From positions 1 through 64,000 of the forward strand of contig JBBSVN010000005.1 of the NCBI GenBank assembly GCA_038046765.1: a stretch of DNA of 64,000 nt, in the 5' to 3' direction. The position numbers and the translations under genes were made by a program. The notes beneath the pieces are model-generated. The model made no database searches. It worked only from the letters and a program-made list of their open reading frames with translations, and was not told the DNA's origin. This stretch comes from Candidatus Micrarchaeota archaeon (GTDB taxonomy: Archaea; Micrarchaeota; Micrarchaeia; Anstonellales; Bilamarchaeaceae). Shown piece after piece: positions 41,593-50,592 of this stretch. Position 1 is the first letter of the stretch; each line of letters starts with the position of its first letter.

Positions 41593-43233
41593 ATGACAGA
41601 TCGACTTAAAACTAAAGATCGCATCAAAGACCGAGTGGACAAAATACTTCAAGATGCAAAAAGATCGGCTACTCCTGCTCGAGGCGTAACTGCAATGGTT
41701 CCATTTGGTACTAGAGATCAGTCTTTATCTTCACCTGTTTCTGGTCTAGAAATCGAAGTAACGCATGTTGCAGATATGGTAAGAGAACCCGAAGGGTGTT
41801 CTTTAGGTAAGGTTACAATTGGAATAGAAGGGGGACAAAGAACTTATAATTTACTAAAAATATTAACAAGTTCTGCAAGTCTAAGAGAAACCCCAGATAA
41901 ACCAATAACTTATTTAGCAGAATGCTTAGAGACTGGAGAAAAGGTCGTAGTAAAAAAAGCTCCAATGACTTTTCAGAATCTTAAATTAGAGGAAAGAGGT
42001 TATAAAGTTTTAAAGGAAATTGATAATCCTCATGTTGTAAAAGTATTGATTGATGATGCAAAAGAAGGTTTTTATTATCAAGTTATGCAACTAGTTAGCG
42101 GAAATAATTTAAGACAATTCTTAGAAACTGATCAGCTTACGTTAAATCAGGTAATTGGTTTAGCAAAGCAGATTTCAAAGGGGCTTACTGCAGTCCATGA
42201 TGTAGGCGCAGTACATAGAGATATTCACCCTGGCAATGTAATGATTTATCTAGAAGATGGAAAACTACACGTTGTAATTGTGGATTTTGGTCTTTCATAT
42301 AAGACAAATGGAAGCACACATCATAGCACTGTTATGCGTGCTCCTTTTACACCAAATTATACCGCACCTGAATTGCTTGAGATGGGAGAAGCGACAGTGA
42401 GAAGCGATGTTTATTCTTTTGGAGCAGTACTTTCTTGGATATTTACTGGAATTGAAGGTAGTTTAATAAAAAAGAAAATTGCAGATAAAGAAGAAATTAA
42501 TTTTAGAGTAAATTGTACTTATGCGCAAAAAGAAAGAATTTTATTAATAATACAGAAAGCACTTCATAGCGATGCAAGTAGAAGGTATGAAAGTTCAGAA
42601 GAAATATTGCTGGATTTAAATAACTTAAAACCTTCTGTTACTAATTCAAGCGAAGTTCCAATTATAAAAACAAAAAGAAGATCATTTTTTTCAGAAGTTG
42701 TAAGAGGAACCGCAGCGCTTTTACTAGTCTTCGCGGGGGTAAATTTTTTAGATAAAGTTACCCCACCAGATTTTATAAGAAGAACTGGTGAAGTGGTTGC
42801 TTCAAAAATTGATAATTTAGCTAATACGGAAGAAAATAAGAAAATGACAGATGATGAAAGACAAGAAATTTTACTTGAAGCAATAGTTGCTGGAGACATA
42901 AAAAAATTACGCCAAAATCTTGCTTTTATCCAAGATATTAATCAGCCGCTGTTACACGCGGATTATGGCTCCAAATTAATGATTCCAATTTCTTTATTTG
43001 ATTATGCTCTAACTGGGGCACCTATTGAAAAGAGATTAGAAATACTAGAAATTCTTCTAGCTCATGGAGCAAATCCAGATTTAAAGGACTCATTTCACAC
43101 AAATATTCTAACTTTATTCCGCAAACAAATTGAAGTTTTAAGGTCTCAAGAAGGCAATCTCAAAACTTCGCAAGAAATAAAATACATAAAAGCTATAATC
43201 GTCTTCCTTAAAAAATACGGGGCTAAAGAATAA
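41593..43233 (+). CDS. Hanks-type Ser/Thr protein kinase with TM and C-terminal ankyrin-like region
   Basis: VVVK, HRDIHPGN, DFG, YTAPE, SDVYSFG; TM; LLAHGANPD and LKKYGAK. Confidence 0.9.
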   Translation: MTDRLKTKDRIKDRVDKILQDAKRSATPARGVTAMVPFGTRDQSLSSPVSGLEIEVTHVADMVREPEGCSLGKVTIGIEGGQRTYNLLKILTSSASLRETPDKPITYLAECLETGEKVVVKKAPMTFQNLKLEERGYKVLKEIDNPHVVKVLIDDAKEGFYYQVMQLVSGNNLRQFLETDQLTLNQVIGLAKQISKGLTAVHDVGAVHRDIHPGNVMIYLEDGKLHVVIVDFGLSYKTNGSTHHSTVMRAPFTPNYTAPELLEMGEATVRSDVYSFGAVLSWIFTGIEGSLIKKKIADKEEINFRVNCTYAQKERILLIIQKALHSDASRRYESSEEILLDLNNLKPSVTNSSEVPIIKTKRRSFFSEVVRGTAALLLVFAGVNFLDKVTPPDFIRRTGEVVASKIDNLANTEENKKMTDDERQEILLEAIVAGDIKKLRQNLAFIQDINQPLLHADYGSKLMIPISLFDYALTGAPIEKRLEILEILLAHGANPDLKDSFHTNILTLFRKQIEVLRSQEGNLKTSQEIKYIKAIIVFLKKYGAKE

Positions 43234-43251
43234 AAAATTAAAATAAAAAAT

Positions 43252-45129
43252 TTAATTAAATATCGGCCTTCTACTTAATTCCGTTTCAAGCGAAAGTTTT
43301 TCAAATGGCTTTCCAGTTGTGTGCTTGTGAATTTCACTAACTAGTTCTTCAACAGCGTATTCTTTCTTTTCGCCAGTTGCCCTGACAGTTACAGCCAATT
43401 TACCTGATTCGATTTCCTTATCTCCAATAACTGCAATGTACGGGCTCCATTCCTTTTCTGCATCACGAATCTTTTTACCTAAAGTTTCGCTTCGGTCATC
43501 GCAATCAACACGAACACGTTGCAACTTTAAATCATTGGTTAGTTTCATCGCGTAATCCTTATGTTTATCGCTAACAGGAATAATTCTAAGTTGCGTTGGA
43601 GACAACCAAAGAGGGAACATTGCTTTTCTTCCCTGTTTCATTTCCATTGCCTGTTTTTCTAAAAGTGCATAAACAACTCTTTCAACAGCACCAGGAATTG
43701 AAGTGTGCAATATTGGACCTCTTTTCTTTTCTCCCTTTTCATCAATGTAATTCACATCAAATCGTTCGCAGTTTTCAACATCGATTTGTACTGTGCTCAT
43801 ACCGCTAGCTTTACCAGCGTTATCGATAAAGTTCATTTCAAATTTAGTTATGAAATATGCATATCTTTCTTGATAAAGTTCGATTAACATTGGCCGGTTT
43901 CTTTTTTTGAGCATTGCCATGTACCAATCCTTATTTTCATTAAAGAAATCAGTTTGTGCCCTGAATGCTAGTTCGTAATCAAGTCCAAGATCCTCATTCC
44001 ATGCTCTACATAATTCGTATTGATTAGAAAATTCTAATTTTGCCTGGTCTAAATCAGCGCAAAGTGTGTGCATATCTGGCATGCTAAATGCTCGCAATCT
44101 TTTAAGTCCAGCGAGTTCGCCACCTTGTTCGCGTCTAAATGAATAGTGGGTTAATTCATAAATCCTAAAAGGTAGATTTTTGTAGGTAATTACTGCGTCA
44201 TGTGCGCAGAGGAACTGACCGAAACAGGCACTAAATCTCAAGAAAAACTGCTTGTTATCGCTCTTTAAAGTATATTGACGTGCTGGGAATCGGTTCAAAT
44301 AACTCTTTAGCGCAGGGTGTTCAAAGTCATACATTATAGGGGTTTCAACTTGATGCGCTCCGTAATCAACTGAAATATCAGTTACGTGCTTTTCGATTAG
44401 TCTTTTTATTAAAAGTCCTTTTGGAAGCCATCTGAAATTACCCGAATCGCTTGCTGGTTCATAATTAACTAATGAATGTTCTTTCATTAATTTGATGTGT
44501 GGGGGTTCCTCCGAATATGCCCGGACTTTTTTTACTTCATAATCAACAAATTTCTTTAGGTTTGGATACTTTGCGTAATTGAATTTTTCCGGCTCAATCA
44601 AAGACCCGTCAACATCTAAGACATAAACATTGGTTTTCATTTCTGATTCTTGCTTTAAGCTGCTTGAAACTACTTCAGTTTCTTCTTTTATTTTTCCAAC
44701 ATCTCCGTTAGCGCTTAATTCTCTAGAGAGTTCGCTTAATGGGTGTCCTTTAGTTTTTATTGAATAAGCTTTGTACCAGCCAAAAGGTGCATGATCGCAA
44801 GTATATCCTTCTTTTTTTATTTTTTCTTCTGCTTTTTGCAATACCTTTAGTGCTACTCGTGGGGCAGATGGCTTAGAAGTTAAATGAACAAAAGGATAAA
44901 GTAAAATATTCTTTGTTTTTATTTGGTTTGCAACTGCTATGCTTTCTTTAGTTAGTAAATCTGAAACCGCTTCGACATCCTCATCTCCTTTTTCAATCGA
45001 AGTAAAAATTACCAGTACTTCTTCAGCACGCATTTTCTTTTTAGATTCATCAATTACTTCTGCGTCTTCAATTGCTTTAGTTCTTGCTTCAATTTCAATA
45101 TAATCCGAATGTATTGCTAAAATTCTCAT
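43252..45129 (-). CDS. thrS: Archaeal-type threonyl-tRNA synthetase
   Basis: MRIL.IHSD editing domain, APFGWYK, KGHPLSELSR, RFSACFGQF, P.WLSPTQ. Confidence 0.97.
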   Translation of the reverse strand: MRILAIHSDYIEIEARTKAIEDAEVIDESKKKMRAEEVLVIFTSIEKGDEDVEAVSDLLTKESIAVANQIKTKNILLYPFVHLTSKPSAPRVALKVLQKAEEKIKKEGYTCDHAPFGWYKAYSIKTKGHPLSELSRELSANGDVGKIKEETEVVSSSLKQESEMKTNVYVLDVDGSLIEPEKFNYAKYPNLKKFVDYEVKKVRAYSEEPPHIKLMKEHSLVNYEPASDSGNFRWLPKGLLIKRLIEKHVTDISVDYGAHQVETPIMYDFEHPALKSYLNRFPARQYTLKSDNKQFFLRFSACFGQFLCAHDAVITYKNLPFRIYELTHYSFRREQGGELAGLKRLRAFSMPDMHTLCADLDQAKLEFSNQYELCRAWNEDLGLDYELAFRAQTDFFNENKDWYMAMLKKRNRPMLIELYQERYAYFITKFEMNFIDNAGKASGMSTVQIDVENCERFDVNYIDEKGEKKRGPILHTSIPGAVERVVYALLEKQAMEMKQGRKAMFPLWLSPTQLRIIPVSDKHKDYAMKLTNDLKLQRVRVDCDDRSETLGKKIRDAEKEWSPYIAVIGDKEIESGKLAVTVRATGEKKEYAVEELVSEIHKHTTGKPFEKLSLETELSRRPIFN

Positions 45130-45148
45130 AGTATTGACACCCTATAAA

Positions 45149-45300
45149 CTAGCTCACTTATACAAAAGCGGCCCTTCTTACTACATACTGGTAGGACGCA
45201 GCACAAATGATTCCTTATCTCGTGATCAGGATTGCCGATCACGATCTGTCCAAAACATTCTGTTTTGTACATGGCTGCGTCAGTAATAAACGTTAGCTAC
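45149..45300 (-). ncRNA. Candidate structured RNA in the thrS leader (strand inferred)
   Basis: Nested stems TAGCT/AGCTA, GACGCAGC/GCTGCGTC, TCGTGATC/GATCACGA, CAAAACA/TGTTTTG, CTAC/GTAG. Confidence 0.55.
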
Positions 45301-45314
45301 TAATGGTATTAATA

Positions 45315-45531
45315 TTATATCAAAATATCTAAAAACTGCTCTTTTTGTAGATTTCTCCAGACTGTCATTCTTGAAACGTTTAAGATTTGTGCAATGTTTC
45401 TGATTGTCTTTCTTTCTTTGTAGTACAAGTCGCTAACAAATTTACTTTGTTCATCGTTTAGTACGCTTTTTCTCCCTACTCTATTTAGTTTAAGGTTGTG
45501 TTTCTAAACACCCTGCAGATTGTTTTTCCAT
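45315..45531 (-). pseudogene. Interrupted small Hin/resolvase-type HTH gene
   Basis: SD GAGGTGA plus ATG; frame stops after 13 aa. The +1 frame gives RVGRKSVLNDEQ...IRNIAQILNVSRMTVWRNL. Confidence 0.65.
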
Positions 45532-45742
45532 AACTTTCACCTCAAGGTTTTCATTCTAGCTAAAGCTAAATCCTTAAGGAAAAGAAATTTTGAAAAAAAG
45601 TTATTTATTTTCTTATTAAGGATTTAGTCAAAACTAGGTAATTAGCATGTAGTTGTTTCTGTAACTAAATCCATTCTTATCATTTGTATCAATTTCATTT
45701 GGTTTTAATTTATTTATAAAGGTTTGTCACGAATTAAATCTT

Positions 45743-46777
45743 CTATTGGAGCAAATTCGACCATTCACTTTGATTGATGAAAAGTAAATCGTGCATTTCT
45801 TTGAATTTTCCCTGTTCAAAAGCACACTGCGCAGCTTCTGCAGCTATTTGGGCATTTGGGTCGATATTTGTTAATGGAAAATCCCTATAAATTATTTGCA
45901 CTTGTCCTGTGTCAACATAATTCGAGACTATCATTCTATAGGCTCCTGTATAAAATCTGCTACAAAAAGGAGACTGGAAATCGCAGAATTCTATAATTAA
46001 TATGGGTGCGTTGTAGCTTCCGATATATGGGTCATCATCAACAAATGAACTTGTTTTGATATTAGAATTTACCTTGTTATTTGCCAATTCAGCTTCAATT
46101 GCAGCTTGGAATGCAGAATATGGTTGGGCACCGACTAATGTTTGTGGAGTCCCATCTCTTCTTCCTATCATAAATGAAGGTACACCTTGTATACCTAATG
46201 CTAAACCATCTGAAAAGTCTTTTTGTATTTCATTACTGTATTTTGAAGTATCTAAACAAATATTGAATTTTTGTGTGTCTAAACCGATGCTGGAAGCGTA
46301 TTGTTTTAGTTTGGATTTTACGATATTTGCTGGTGGGGTATTTGGGATTATAGTTGGTGTATTTGGAGCTACAGTTACGTTAGTTTGATTTGCAATTTTT
46401 ATCTCTTCTTTTTGTTTTTCAGTTTTGTTTGGTATCTTATTCTTGACAACTGTACACAACACTTTTTCAGAACTTTCATCAATTAATGTTAAAGCATCTA
46501 CATCTTTGGAAATCATTGTAATCTTATAATAAGCTTTTATTTCAAATGCTCTGCCACAATCTTTCTTGAAATTCTCAATTTCATTACTAAAAGATGTTTC
46601 ATCCAGATATGTTACTGTTATGGTCGAATTTGGATAATTTTCTAAGAATTGTTTTATTTGGGGTTGATTCTTTGCTATTTCTTGATATGCTGCTGCTTTG
46701 TTTGACCCAACGCATCCTCCAATTAAAATAAAAATTCCGATTATAAGAATAAATAAATTTTTCATAGTGTAGACCAT
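45743..46777 (-). CDS. Lipoprotein with circularly permuted DsbA/thioredoxin-like domain
   Basis: GGC lipobox; GIQGVPSF...GAQPY half precedes the DDP.IG...EFCDFQSPFC half. Confidence 0.8.
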   Translation of the reverse strand: MVYTMKNLFILIIGIFILIGGCVGSNKAAAYQEIAKNQPQIKQFLENYPNSTITVTYLDETSFSNEIENFKKDCGRAFEIKAYYKITMISKDVDALTLIDESSEKVLCTVVKNKIPNKTEKQKEEIKIANQTNVTVAPNTPTIIPNTPPANIVKSKLKQYASSIGLDTQKFNICLDTSKYSNEIQKDFSDGLALGIQGVPSFMIGRRDGTPQTLVGAQPYSAFQAAIEAELANNKVNSNIKTSSFVDDDPYIGSYNAPILIIEFCDFQSPFCSRFYTGAYRMIVSNYVDTGQVQIIYRDFPLTNIDPNAQIAAEAAQCAFEQGKFKEMHDLLFINQSEWSNLLQ

Positions 46778-46835
46778 TAATACTTAGTTTCCTAAGTATA
46801 TACTATTAATACTAAAATTTAAATTATAATCGTTC

Positions 46836-47030
46836 ATGGAAACAAAAAGAGAAGTTTTGACTATGAATGTCAAAAAAATTGTACCTTGGGCAACAGGCCT
46901 TGCCTTATTTGTTACTAAAGAAGCAAAAGCACTAAGCTGGACAGATAAGGATCAAGTCATAATAACTGCATTTAGGGATGAAACTGGGGAAGGAATAGAA
47001 ATTAGACGAGCACCAATAAAAAGGAAATAA
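46836..47030 (+). CDS. Small AbrB/MazE-like DNA-binding protein
   Basis: 64 aa, VKKIVPWATGLALFVTKEAKALSWTDKDQV fits a swapped-hairpin pattern. Confidence 0.5.
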   Translation: METKREVLTMNVKKIVPWATGLALFVTKEAKALSWTDKDQVIITAFRDETGEGIEIRRAPIKRK

Positions 47031-47104
47031 TTTGTATTTTTGCAATTTTCTATAAAAATGTTCAAAAAGGATACTTTTATAAATTTATGAATTTATATTA
47101 TATT

Positions 47105-47170
47105 TGTGGTTGTAAGTCCTCTGAAAGCTATGAGGCCTCCGTGAGTGAGGGTGGGAGCAAGTAAGTTGGG
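47105..47170 (-). ncRNA. Candidate DUF3800-associated 3' RNA element
   Basis: GC-rich island starting right after the stop; two CCTC..GAGG hairpins bracketed by ACTTAC direct repeats. Confidence 0.5.
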
Positions 47171-47794
47171 TTACCACATTTTATTAATTATTTTTATCTT
47201 ATTCTTGATTAAATCGTAATACTGCGTATTTTTATGTTCTAACTTATGAAAAAGTGCACCGCAGAAAAAATCAACTGCCTGAAGACTGCATTCTTCATCT
47301 GATTTTTTATGGTCAATGCAAAGATTTTCTTTTAGTTTAAGAGGAGTACGAAACTGCATGATATAATCATCAAAAGAGTTTCTTGCTGATTTGTAAAGTG
47401 ATCTATCAAGAACTATATGCACTTTAGTTGTGTGATTTGTTCCCTCTGTTAATAATACGTGCTCAATTAATCTACCGACAATAAAATTGTAAAGTATTGG
47501 CGGTGTTTCTTTTAGATTACTGTTTTTGGTATTCTGTTTGTCTATAAAATAAGCATAAAATGAAACTTCTGTTCTTGCTAATTGTTCCAATATGAAAGTT
47601 CGCATATCTTCGTCAGTTTTAGAAAACTTGAATTCTGGAATATCACTAAGTTTTTTCTTTAGTTTGTTTCTTGCTTTTTTAAATATTTTTTGCATTTCTT
47701 TTGGTTCATTTAAAGTTAACGCACCGACTATAAAATGTTTTGTCGAGTTTTGTGAAAAACCGAGGTCTCCTGACTCATCTATGAATATAAACAT
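47171..47794 (-). CDS. DUF3800-family protein
   Basis: FIDESGDLG, FIVG, EFKFS, VLDR, S....LQAVDF signature. Confidence 0.85.
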   Translation of the reverse strand: MFIFIDESGDLGFSQNSTKHFIVGALTLNEPKEMQKIFKKARNKLKKKLSDIPEFKFSKTDEDMRTFILEQLARTEVSFYAYFIDKQNTKNSNLKETPPILYNFIVGRLIEHVLLTEGTNHTTKVHIVLDRSLYKSARNSFDDYIMQFRTPLKLKENLCIDHKKSDEECSLQAVDFFCGALFHKLEHKNTQYYDLIKNKIKIINKMW

Positions 47795-47835
47795 CGTACT
47801 CGTGCGCTCTTATTTTAGTATTTCTATTATCATCT

Positions 47836-48834
47836 CTAGAACAATAAAATTACAATAACCCCAAACACAACTTCCAAACTAATAAAGAACATCGAAAGGT
47901 CTTTCTCGCTAATCCCGTTAAATGTTTTCATAACTAGCTGTGCAAATCCCCGAACTTTTCCGCCATATGGGTAAAGCTTGCCGTTTTTATATTCGCCCCA
48001 CCATTCACGACTTGGAAACTTGTTCATTGCTTTAATTAAGAAATCTACTGCATAAGGGATCATGAGTATTACTCCTGCCGTTTCAAAGTTTCCTATAATT
48101 ACTCCAGCTGCTAAAACTGCACCGATTGTTAAATTTCCAACATCTCCCGGGAATACTTTTGAGGGATATTTACTATATATAAAGAATCCAATTAGTGCGC
48201 CTAGCATAGATAAAAACAAAACAAGCATTTCGCTTGAACCCTTTTTAAGTGCTAAAATTGACATCGTTGCAAAAATAATTATTCCCATACCCGCTTCCAT
48301 TCCGTTAAAACCAGCTAGCATGTTTGTTAAATTTGACGCTACAGCCATTCCGATAGGGACTAAAAGAAAAAGGTAAATCATCCCTAAATCAATCGAACCT
48401 AAAAACGGAATAGTTACTGCGGTGCTTCCTGCTGCAACTGCTATTAATGGAACTGCGGCAAAAAGAGGTAAAAATGCCTTAAGCCATTGCGGGACATCTA
48501 ATAAATCATCAACCATTCCGATAAACGCGATACTGTGGATTGTAATAAGCGCGGCTAAAACTTCGATCAAATTAAGTTTAAACCCTAAAAATGAATTAAG
48601 AAAAACAGCTAATAAAACTCCTCCTGTAAATCCTGCGACTATTGCGATTCCGCCCATTTCTGCTACTTCTGGCATGTCTGGTTTGTTTATATCTTTGCCA
48701 GTCATCTTAAATCGCTTTAACCTTGGAATTAACAAATAAGTAAATACGTAAGTAACCAGAAATGAAATTACTATAATTCCAAGCGAGCCTAATCCAACCA
48801 TAAACTTAACCTTTGATCTCATTTTTTCTTGCAT
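47836..48834 (-). CDS. UDP-GlcNAc:dolichol-phosphate GlcNAc-1-P transferase (MraY/AglH family)
   Basis: GKDINK...EMGG, GMVDD, NMLAGFNG, FPGDVG; probable start at 48801. Confidence 0.9.
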   Translation of the reverse strand: MQEKMRSKVKFMVGLGSLGIIVISFLVTYVFTYLLIPRLKRFKMTGKDINKPDMPEVAEMGGIAIVAGFTGGVLLAVFLNSFLGFKLNLIEVLAALITIHSIAFIGMVDDLLDVPQWLKAFLPLFAAVPLIAVAAGSTAVTIPFLGSIDLGMIYLFLLVPIGMAVASNLTNMLAGFNGMEAGMGIIIFATMSILALKKGSSEMLVLFLSMLGALIGFFIYSKYPSKVFPGDVGNLTIGAVLAAGVIIGNFETAGVILMIPYAVDFLIKAMNKFPSREWWGEYKNGKLYPYGGKVRGFAQLVMKTFNGISEKDLSMFFISLEVVFGVIVILLF

Positions 48835-49963
48835 GTAACTTCATATGCCCTTCTTGTATTCCTGTTGTTGATAGGGCGTACATTGCAGCAAAATTATTTG
48901 CTAATCCAGCGCAAGCAATTGCCATAGCTAAATCCTGTGATGATTTTGCACCAAGAATTTTTAATGCTAGTTTAGCAGTTGGTAACGTATTTATTGCTCC
49001 ACCAACTGTTGCAATTGCTAATGGCAATTCGATCGAACCAACTAAATCTCCATACTCATCTTTTTCATAGTGCGTTAGCGATGTGTATCCTTTTCTTTGT
49101 TCTTTAGTTGCGGCATAAGCATGCGCTCCGGCTTCAACTGCGCGCCAGTCATTTCCTGTAGCTAGTACAACTGCATCAATCCCGTTCATTATTCCTTTGT
49201 TATGCGTTGCGCATCGATAAACATCATTTAATGCAAATTCGTAAGCATCTAAGAATTTTTCTATCGTTTCTTCTCCAATAATTTCCTTTTTCCAAACTGC
49301 TTTTGCCCGAACCATTCTTTTTGTTGCTAAGTTACTTAGTATTCTAAGGCGAACTTCGCTTTGGGTGTACTCTGCAATTGTTGGTGAGATTTTTTCTAAA
49401 AATGTATTAATTGTATTTGCACCCATTGCATCTGCAACATTAACATAAAAATAAACAATTATCATTTCTCCCCTGTTCGTTTCTATTAGTTTCATTTTAA
49501 AGTTCTGTACTCCGCCTCCGTACTTAGTTAAAGACTCGGTAAGTTTTTTTGCAAGAACTAATATCTCATCTCGCTTTGCGTTTAGTGTTTCAATCGCTTT
49601 TTTCGGGTTTTTAACATTGACCAGTTGAATCTGGCCGATCATAATCGATGGATCTGCTGATGCAGTAAATCCATCTGGTAAACATAATTTAGCTGCTTTA
49701 CTAGCTCCTGCAATTACGCTTGGTTCCTCAATAGCCATCGGGATGATTTTTTCAGTTCCATTAATCTTAAAGTTCATCGCTAATCCTAGCGGCAAGTGAA
49801 TCGCACCAATTGTATTTTCGATCATGGTGTTCGCAGATTCAAGAGAAAGTGAACCGCTGTTTTTAAGTAAAATTAGTTCGTCATCGCTTAAGCTAAGTTC
49901 TTTCTTTAAAATCGCTAGCCTTTGTTCTAAGGATAGTTTATAGAAACCAGAGAAATTTGACAT
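48806..49963 (-). CDS. mvaA: HMG-CoA reductase, class II
   Basis: FYKLS, MIEN.IG, EEPSV, DAMGAN, THNKGIMNG, GNDWRA, GIQEGHMKLH. Confidence 0.93.
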   Translation of the reverse strand: MSNFSGFYKLSLEQRLAILKKELSLSDDELILLKNSGSLSLESANTMIENTIGAIHLPLGLAMNFKINGTEKIIPMAIEEPSVIAGASKAAKLCLPDGFTASADPSIMIGQIQLVNVKNPKKAIETLNAKRDEILVLAKKLTESLTKYGGGVQNFKMKLIETNRGEMIIVYFYVNVADAMGANTINTFLEKISPTIAEYTQSEVRLRILSNLATKRMVRAKAVWKKEIIGEETIEKFLDAYEFALNDVYRCATHNKGIMNGIDAVVLATGNDWRAVEAGAHAYAATKEQRKGYTSLTHYEKDEYGDLVGSIELPLAIATVGGAINTLPTAKLALKILGAKSSQDLAMAIACAGLANNFAAMYALSTTGIQEGHMKLHARKNEIKG

Positions 49964-49995
49964 AAATGATATTTGGATGGATAGTTTTAAAGGAG

Positions 49996-50475
49996 CTACT
50001 TATACCCATCTTCAACCCTGGAAATGGCTTCTTCTATATCCTTAAAAGCAGTAGTTACTTTAGAAATGTAAAATTCCTTTAATATTTCTGAAATTTTGCG
50101 CTCATCCCCGTTACCAAAAAATATCTTTCCTTTTTTACGGTCTATTAAACCCATTTCTTTAAGCTTCAAAATATGGTAATAAACTGCCTTCGGGTAAACT
50201 TTATCTTCTTCAGTTTTTCCTTCATCAAGCTTTGCAATTATTTGTTCGGTTGTTGGCTGTTCCTTTTTAGCGTGAAAATAAAAGAGCGCATCTAGTATTT
50301 CAAGAAGTAATTGCCTTGTTTCATTTGGATAAATTAAACCTAATGATAATGCAATCCATCTAATTAGTGATTTACGTGCTAGTTTTACATCTTCTGGAAG
50401 CGACATTTCCCGAATAATTAATTCGTTTCTAATAAGTTTTGCTTCTGGAATCATTTTTATCAAACTTCTTATCAA
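49996..50475 (-). CDS. Winged-helix hypothetical protein
   Basis: RWIALSLGLI; KAVYYHILKLKEMGLI HTH. Confidence 0.65.
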   Translation of the reverse strand: MIRSLIKMIPEAKLIRNELIIREMSLPEDVKLARKSLIRWIALSLGLIYPNETRQLLLEILDALFYFHAKKEQPTTEQIIAKLDEGKTEEDKVYPKAVYYHILKLKEMGLIDRKKGKIFFGNGDERKISEILKEFYISKVTTAFKDIEEAISRVEDGYK

Positions 50476-50592
50476 AGGTAAATTATAAAAAATAACTTGG
50501 TAAACTATCTTTCGATACGATGTTTTTTTTGTTTATTAATCTTTCTATCAATATCGAAAGATATTTAAATAAGAAATGCTATTAATAGAATC

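Noticed and set aside
47105..47170. Possible SRP RNA (GGGAGCAA on the + strand)
   Set aside because: No CAGG/GNRA helix-8 partner and far too short for an archaeal SRP RNA.
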